Origin: the human T2T-CHM13v2.0 reference genome, Homo sapiens
Reading direction: 5' to 3' (one strand)
Assembly: GCF_009914755.1 (NCBI RefSeq)
Contig: NC_060926.1
DNA length: 64,000 bases
The notes below the pieces were generated by a model that was not told the DNA's origin, searched no databases, and worked only from the letters and a program-made list of their open reading frames with translations. Numbering within the stretch: the stretch's first letter is position 1; each line of letters opens with the position of its first letter. Position numbers and translations under genes: made by a program. This document shows positions 53,690 to 64,000 of the stretch, piece after piece.

Positions 53690-55650
53690 AAACAGACAGC
53701 TGACTAGTGCCTTTCTTTGTGGCCTCTCACCTAAGTTCACTATATTTGACCTTATACATTGTTATTATTGCCCTTCCACTTGCATATTCCACTTCAAGGA
53801 GGAATAATTTTAGCTCCATAACTCTAAACATTCTTAAGTACCATTTTCTCTTATTTAAAGAATGGATGTAGCTGATTAGGAATTGAAACTTGGCCACTCT
53901 CCATAATGTGTATGTGTAAAGGGCATGTGGGTACACAATACCCTGGCATTTATTATCTTGTTGTTTTATTCTTATCACTAGCTAATTCATTAATTTGATT
54001 CAGTAATCTCAATGATATTCACTCCATTGTTATTAAAATTGGAAGGGTTCTGCCTCATTATATGTGTAATAACTTCTTCATGAAAGATAAAACTGATTAG
54101 GCCTCATGTCTTTTTCCCACTCAGTTCTTGACTTCCATCTCATGGACAATGGCAGAAGCACCATCCTGCATGGAGTGAATGCATGCTTTTCTTTTCATGT
54201 CATTTTTCAGAAAGAAATCGCATGTTGCTAGTCTTGTGTCCCAATAACAAAAGGCGTGCAGATAGCAACAGCTCAAGTTTAATTGTACAGCAAAGAGCAA
54301 AGCTGTTTTTAGAATCAAACTTAAGTTCTAATCTTCAACAGTTTTGAGACTAAGAAAAAAAAACTTTCAGAGTACAACTGACTGTAAAATACTGAGCACT
54401 AGACTCAAAAATCATATAATCATTCTATATTTCCCAAACTTGATTTTCTGGCTTACTTCACATGCTCAGTACCTCAGCTTAGGGAGCGCTTTACTGGTCT
54501 TTCAGTTCCAATTCTCTACTCATCCAGGCCACATCTGCTCAGTGAAGGGCAACCATCCAGCTTCCTTTGCACCAAAAGTTTCGTTAGTTCCTGTTTTCAC
54601 AAAATAAAAATCCTTGTGTTTGCTCTCCAAGGCCTACCTTTCTTGACCTTTAGGCTTCTGTCCTAATTTTGTACATGTTTAACATCTGACCTTACAACCT
54701 ATTCCAAAAAGTACCTGGAATAGTTCAACTTGTGATTCTGCAGTTCCACCTGAGTTCTCGAAATTCCCCAGATTCACTCAGCTGTTCTACTGTGCTGTCT
54801 TCATACTGCTTCAGCTGATTAGTGAAATGCAGCTCATTAGTAAAATTTCCCAAACATATTCAGAAGCCTCTGAAAAGTGACTTTTATGGTTCGATACATT
54901 TGCAAATACCCTTTTTATGTGCTATATCTCATTATTGGAGAGTCACATTTGGTATTAACATGTTAGAGGTATTGAGAAGGCATAAAAAATACGTTGGATT
55001 AACTCAGAATTTGAATTTTGAATATTAACTATATTAACTCAGAATATACTGAGGCATAGATTTTTCACCTTAGTACTTATTACCTTCTCACAAAATAAAT
55101 GTGAATTAGTTCATAAATGGTGATGTGACAGCAGTAATGCGGTAATACTTTTCCTTGACTTTCTTTTTTGGAGTGACCACTTCACGGGAAAGACTCCAGA
55201 TACTGACCTTTGCATCAGAATTACCTATGTCCTAAAGAGAGAAGGTTTCAAGAATCTATATAAGTAGAGATAATTATATGACTTGATGCTCTTTCCAAGG
55301 AAACTAAAAACATACTCCAGATGGGACAATATGATTGCTCCTGCATTAAGAACATGAGATTACCCATAGCATCTTTTACAAACCCACAAAATAGAAAATC
55401 TGGTCTAAGGTAGGAAAACACAAGGGCTGTGGGTTGCAATTTTAAAATGGGGAGATACAACCAACGTGGCCAGTCTTCTTGTCGATATTGTCTTCCACGG
55501 ATAGGAAGACTCAAACTTCTGACGCTTTCATGGATGTGATTTTTTTTTTCTTTTGTTTTTTTGTTTGTTTGTTTGTTTTGCTGTTGGCTATTTGTTTCTT
55601 GTTTCAGTCCCCACCTCACATTATCTAAATGACTGTAGCTCATTTTGACT

Positions 55651-55698
55651 TGTGCTGTCCAATACAGTAGCCACTAGCCATATATGACTACTTAAATT
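55651..55698 (+). mobile_element. MER3 left part (interrupted)
   Basis: tgtgctgtccaatacagtagccactagccatatatgactacttaaatt matches the recalled MER3 start. Confidence 0.8.
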
Positions 55699-55699
55699 G

Positions 55700-57830
55700 T
55701 TTTTCTATTATGGTATACATCATGAAGTTTACCATCTCAATCCTTTGTAAGTGTACATTTCTATGGCATTCAGTACATTTACACTGTTGTGCAACCATTA
55801 CCACCCTCCATCTCCAGAACATGTTCATCTTCCTCAACAGATACTCTGTACTTACTGAATGTAAACTCCCCATCTGCCTTCCATTTCTATGAATTTGACT
55901 AATACAGGTATCTCACATCAGTTGAGTCACACAATATTTGTCCTTTTGTGACTGGCTTATTTCATTTAGCATAATGTCTTCAAAGTTCATGCATATATTG
56001 TAGCATATACTCAAATGCGTTTCCTTTTAAAGGTTTAATAATGTTCCATTGAATGCATGTACCACCCACATTTTCTTTATCCACTCATCTCTTAATAGGC
56101 ACTTGGGTTGCTTCCACCTTTTGGCTATTATGAATAATGCTGCACTGTACATGAGTGTATAAGTATGTAAGTTCCTGCTTTCATTTCTTTTAAGTGTATA
56201 CCCAGAAGTGGAATTGCAGGATCATATAGTAATTCTTTTAAATGTTTGAGGAATCACAATATTATTTTTCACAGTGGCTGCACCATTTTACATTCCCACC
56301 AGCAATACACAAGTGTTCAAATTTTTCCACAATGGTCAAATTTCTCCACATCCTTGCCAAAACTTGTTTTCTGTTTTTTTCTTGATAGTAGCCATCCTAA
56401 TGGATGTGAAGTGGTGTCTCATGGTGGTTTTAATTTGTATTTCCCTAATGATTAATTATGTTGAACAACTTTCCTATGCTTATTGGCATTGTATATCTCC
56501 TTTGGAACAATGTCTATCCAAGTCTTTTGCCCATTTTTTAGTTGGGTTGTTTGTTTGCTTTTTTGTTGTTGAGTTGTAGGAGTCCTTGGTATATTCCGGA
56601 TATTAATTTCTTATCAGGAATTACAAATTCCTGATAAAGAATTACTATTTTCTCTCATTTTATTGGTTTCTTTTTCACTATTTGTTGATAGTGTTCTTTG
56701 ACACACACAAGTTTTTAATCTTGAAGTTCAACATCTTTTTTTTTCTTTTGTTGCTTATACTTTTGGTGTCATATGCAAGAAATTATTACCAAATCCAATG
56801 TCATGAAGTTTTCTCCTGTGTTTTCTTCTTTGAGTTTTATACTTTAGTTCTTATGGTTAGGTCTTTCATCCATTTTTAGTTAATTTTTAAATGAGGTATA
56901 ACATGAGGACTGCTGCTGCTTTTGCATGTAGATAATCCAGTTTTACCAGCACCATTTATTGAAAACACTGCCCTTTTCCAAGACCCAAATCTTAGCAAAA
57001 ATCTTAGTACCTTTGTGGAAAATCATTTGACCTTATATATATATATAAGGATCTATTTCTGAACTCCATTCTATTCCATTGGTCTCTATGTCTGTCTGTA
57101 TGCCAGTATGACACTATTTTGATTATAGTAAGTTTTAAAATCAAAAATTGTGAGGTCTCCAATTTTTGTTCTTTTCAAGATTGCTTTGGCTATTTGTGTT
57201 GCCTTGAGAGTCCATGTGAATTTTAGGATGGATTTTTAAATTTTGGCCAAAATGCCTTTGGGTTTTGATAGGGATTACAGTGAATCTGTAGATCTCTTTC
57301 AGTAGTATTGACATCTTAATATTAAGTCTTCCAATCCACATTTATTGAATGACTTTCCATTTATTTTTGTAATTTCAACAATATTTTGTAGTTTTCAGCA
57401 TGCAAGTCTTCTGACTCCATGGTTAAGCTTATTCCTAAACATTTTATTTTTTTGATACTGTTCTAAATGGAGTTATTTTCTTCATTTTCTTTTAGGATTT
57501 TTTTATTTACTAGTGTCTAGAAACATTTTGTATCCTGCAACTTGCCTGAATTCAATTATTAGTTTTACCAGGACTTTTTTTAAAGAATCTTAAGCATTTT
57601 CTACATGTAAGATCATGTCACCTGTTAACAGAGATAATTTTGCTTCTTCCTTTCCAATTTGAATGCCTTTTAGTTCTTTAACTTGCCTGATTGCACTGGC
57701 TGGGATTTCCGGTACTATGTTGAATAGGAGTGGCAAGAGCAGGCATCCTTGCTTTGATCCTGGTCTTAGAGGTAAAGCTTTTATTATTCACCATTGAGTA
57801 TGAATAAAGTAAGCTGTGGGTTTTAAAATT
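55700..57830 (-). mobile_element. Old L1 (L1MB-like) 3' end plus ORF2 fragment
   Basis: 3'UTR motifs (gttgtgcaaccattaccacc...tttgtccttttgtgactggcttatttc); ORF 57141..57341 (WIGRLNIKMSILLKEIYRFTVIPIK) is ORF2-like. Confidence 0.8.
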
Positions 57831-57888
57831 TTCATTAAGATGAAATAAAACTGAAACACTGTTTGACAGTTTTTTTTAAAGCTAAAAA

Positions 57889-60673
<2,785 letters not shown>

Positions 60674-60684
60674 AAAACTAAAAA

Positions 60685-61352
60685 GGGATTTACTACAGGA
60701 CCCAGATATTTTGCTCTCAGACATTTATCCAGAGACGTAAAAACTTGTATTCACCCCAAACCCTATACCATAAACAATTACGTCAGGTTTATTTGTAATA
60801 GTCCCACACTGGAAACTACTCAAATGTCCTTCATTGGGCAAATGGTTAAATGGTTAAGCAAACTATGTTACATCTATGCCACAGACTACTACTCAGCAAT
60901 AAAAATGCATGCAATGATTTGGATAAACCTTTAGATAATTATGCTGAGTGAAAAACAGTTATCTCAAATATTTCATACTGTATGATTCCATTTGGATGGC
61001 ATTCCTGACATAACAAACTTGTAGAGGTGGAGAAGAGATTCATGATTAGGAATATGTTAGGAGTGGGTTAAATGGTATAAACAGTATGAGAGAAACTTGT
61101 GGTAATAGTACGGTTCTGTGTCTCAATTGTAGTAGTTACATGAAGCTATACTTACACAAGTGCATAAAAAATAGTGAAAGATGAATATTCCCTATGGATT
61201 TTACCGGTATCAATTTCCTGGTTTTGCTATTGTACTGCAGTCATACAAGATATTAACATGAGAAAGGCTGGGAGAAGAGTGAATAGGACATTTCTATACA
61301 TATCTCTGAATTTCCACAGAATCTGTAATATTTCAAAATAAAAAGTTAAAAA
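60685..61352 (+). mobile_element. Old L1MC/MD-like 3' end, continuing from ~57850-57888
   Basis: ctgtttgacagtttttt...|gatttactacaggacccag...cacactggaaactactcaaatgtcc...attatgctgagtgaaaaa...caaaataaaaagttaaaaa. Confidence 0.75.
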
Positions 61353-61363
61353 TAGAAGACAAA

Positions 61364-61504
61364 CTTAAATAAAATTAAACTTAGTTCCTCAGCCACACTA
61401 GCCATATTTTAAGTGTTCTATAATTACATGTGGCTAGTGACTCCATATTGGATAGTGCAGAATTATAGAATGAACATCATTACAGAAATTCTGTTAAAAT
61501 TGCT
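61364..61504 (+). mobile_element. MER3 right part
   Basis: aaataaaattaaacttagttcctcagccacactagccatatttt...catgtggctagtg...tattggatagtgcag...catcattacagaaattct. Confidence 0.8.
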
Positions 61505-61960
61505 ATAGGCACTCGGATGTCTGAAGGAGCTTTAGAATCCACTTGAAACCTATGCGATGATAGCATTAAAAGAACATGCTACCCTTGCTACATAAGCCAA
61601 ATTCAAGGTCTTCTCTTTTAAAGATATGGTTATTATTCCACAGTTATTCTTCAGCTACCAGTAAGGGCAGCCACACAATCTGTTATGTAAGCAAAAGGAA
61701 ATGAGTAACTTTGGTCCCCTACCTCCAGAAATGGCACAACTATTTTTTTTCTATTTCCCTTCTCTTCTGTTCATGATGTGGGGAAACTGGGTCATGTCAC
61801 TAACTTTGTGCTCATTTAAAGAAACCTGGGCCTTGAAACTTTCTTAGAAGGGTGTTGCATCATGCTCAGAACACATATGAGATATTCAGGATTTCCCAGA
61901 TGATTCAAATAATTTTCTTTATTTTACACATGACTTTAACTGCATTTTAGTAGTTCAAAA

Positions 61961-62128
61961 TTTTTTTTAATGTTTATTTATTATTATACTTTTTAGGGTA
62001 CACGTGCACAATGTGCCGATTAGTTACATATGTATACATGTGCCATGCTGGTGTGCTGCACCCATTAACTCGTCATTTAGCATTAGGTATATCTCCTAAT
62101 GCTATCCCTCCCCCCTCCCCCCACCCCA
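61961..62128 (-). mobile_element. Young (L1PA2/3-like) heavily 5'-truncated L1, ~170 bp, with TSD
   Basis: gtatacatgtgccatgctggtgtgctgcacccattaactcgtcatttagcattagg; TSD agtagttcaaa..tttt starting at 61949 and 62129. Confidence 0.88.
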
Positions 62129-62289
62129 AGTAGTTCAAATTTTTATGAATATTTAGACAATAGAATTTGGTAGTTGACAATTTTTCTCATGTTATTTTTC
62201 TGGGTATTTTTGCATTCTGTGTTTATATTTTATAGTAATACATTTACTTATACAGAATTTAAAGATAAAAGGTAATAAAATTTAAAAAT

Positions 62290-62900
62290 AAAATTGTTCG
62301 GGAAAGGATTAACTTTTCAATGTATTGTCCAGGGACAATTGGTTACTGGTTGGAAAAATAAAGAGTGTGATTCCTATCTCACCCTATACAAAAGGCATAA
62401 ACTGTAGGTGGATTTAATATCTAAATATAAAAAGGAAACTTTAAAATTTTAGAATAAAATGGAAGGATATTTTCAATTACCTTGGGATAAGGAAGAGCTT
62501 CTTAAAGGAATGTATGAAAAGCACAAACGGTAGTGTAAATGATGAATACATTTGACTACAATAAAATTAAAATTTATATTTTAAAAACTGTAAAAAAAAG
62601 AAACCTAACATATAGACCAAGACTAGGAGTAATTTGCAGTATAACAAAAGATCAGAATCCAAAATATCTGAAGAGCTTAGATAAGCAATTTAGAAAGAGT
62701 CAATAGAAACATATGCAAAAGATTTGAAAAGACAACTCAGAGAAAATATATAAATCATTAATAATGATCAATAAATGATGAAGAGACTCAGTCTCCTCTG
62801 TCATAACAGAAATGAAAATTATTTTTTTAATAACCATCAGCTTGACAAGAAAAAGTAAATACATTTTAACATCTAAACGACTGAACATATCTACAGAAAA
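62290..62900 (+). mobile_element. Old L1M ORF2 3' fragment
   Basis: ttcctatctcaccctatacaaaa...aatatctaaatataaaa...atttgactacaataaaattaaaa...agaatccaaaatat. Confidence 0.6.
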
Positions 62901-62914
62901 ATAAATATGCCACT

Positions 62915-63057
62915 TTCCGCCTCCTTCTGGGCTCAAGCAAACCTCTCACATCAGCCTCCGAGTAGCTGGGACTATAGGATGGTCTTGAGCCCCTGGCAAG
63001 TGATCTACCAGCCTCTGCCTCCCAAAGTGCTGGGATTACAGGTGTGAGGCACCTGTC
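62915..63057 (-). mobile_element. Internally deleted Alu fragment
   Basis: ctgggctcaagc...gtagctgggactatagg joined to atggtcttga...cctcccaaagtgctgggattacaggtgtgag. Confidence 0.75.
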
Positions 63058-63194
63058 AGTATACGACTTTAATTAAAGTAACTTGTACAACTATCACCCA
63101 GCTCAAGAAACCTTCATAAACCTTTTCTAAGTCCCAATACCTTTATTCTCGACTAGTTGTAACTATTACCTTGAGCTTTTTCAAGATCTGATGA

Positions 63195-63360
63195 CGGTCT
63201 ACAGGGGAAAAAGCCCTGAACTTTGTAGCATTTGCTGATGTCCAGGAAGTAAATATTCCCATTATGGCAGATTTCAAGCTCCCAACATTTCAACTGGCTT
63301 GCCCAGTTCCTAAAAACCTAACAAATAATTCTCGTATGTATAAGCCTACTCCAGCACTCA
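63195..63360. mobile_element. Zaphod-like hAT-Tip100 fragment
   Basis: gccctgaactttgtagcatttgctgat...gtaaatattcccattatggcagatttcaagct...ctccagcac, against a recalled consensus. Confidence 0.55.
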
Positions 63361-63606
63361 TGTCAATTCTGTCATTTCTTCGGGTTTTTTCTTCTTTTTG
63401 TGTGTGTGTGTGTACCACCTAAGTGAGCATCTTTAAATAGTTTTGTTTTAGTTGCTTCTGGGAATATCAATATTATGTAACTGAATGAAATTACTTTCCT
63501 TCTGATATTCTGGAAGAGTTTAAATAGCATTGAGATTATCTTCTCTTTAAAGGTTTAGTTAACTCCTGTAAGAAACCACCTGGATTTAATGACTTTTTTC
63601 TTTCTT

Positions 63607-63637
<31 letters not shown>

Positions 63638-64000
63638 GATGAGTTCTATCTGACAACTTTGTTTCTTCCATGGAAATCAGACTGTTTTGATTTTTCGGAA
63701 TCTCCTTTCTGGTCTGTTTTGATAATTTATATTCTCCTAGAAACTTATTTCATCTGTTTTCACATTTACTTACATATATTTGAGAAAGCAGCTTTGTGAT
63801 ACATTTTTTTGTTTTCTAAGGTTATTGCTGTCTTATCTTTTTTACTTTTGGATATTTTTCTCCTATTTTTTCTTGATAGCGTTCTAAATATATTTTCTAT
63901 ATCTTTTTGGTTTAGAGCTAGTTTTAGGATTTATCCATAATTTCTAGTGTTTTGTTTTCTGACACATTAATATCTGTTTGTAATTTTATTAGTTTTTTTC

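Overview
Primate (very likely human) genomic DNA from inside the alpha-N-catenin gene CTNNA2, on the + strand. Six consecutive coding exons (93, 157, 201, 152, 114 and 182 nt; 899 nt in total) have canonical AG/GT sites and compatible phases. They splice into one open frame covering the M-domain, the acidic phospho-linker and the start of the actin-binding domain (VANLACSISNNEEG...MMEMTDFTR). From memory these are about exons 10-15. The rest is intron, rich in Alus, L1s, a near-full-length Tigger1, MER DNA transposons, MaLR LTRs and microsatellites, and these repeats explain nearly all of the other listed ORFs. I see no convincing new gene or novel system. The most unusual structures are: (i) a ~220-bp mosaic hairpin bounded by 18-bp direct repeats, ~600 bp upstream of the first exon; (ii) a four-layer nested insertion (MER3 > old L1M > twin-primed 5'-inverted L1PA > AluY); (iii) two closely related L1 copies bracketing the six-exon block as both direct and inverted repeats; (iv) a candidate 35-nt poison exon upstream of the last exon and a 70-bp Z-DNA tract downstream of it. 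Repeat family names come from recalled consensus sequences and need RepeatMasker/Dfam confirmation.
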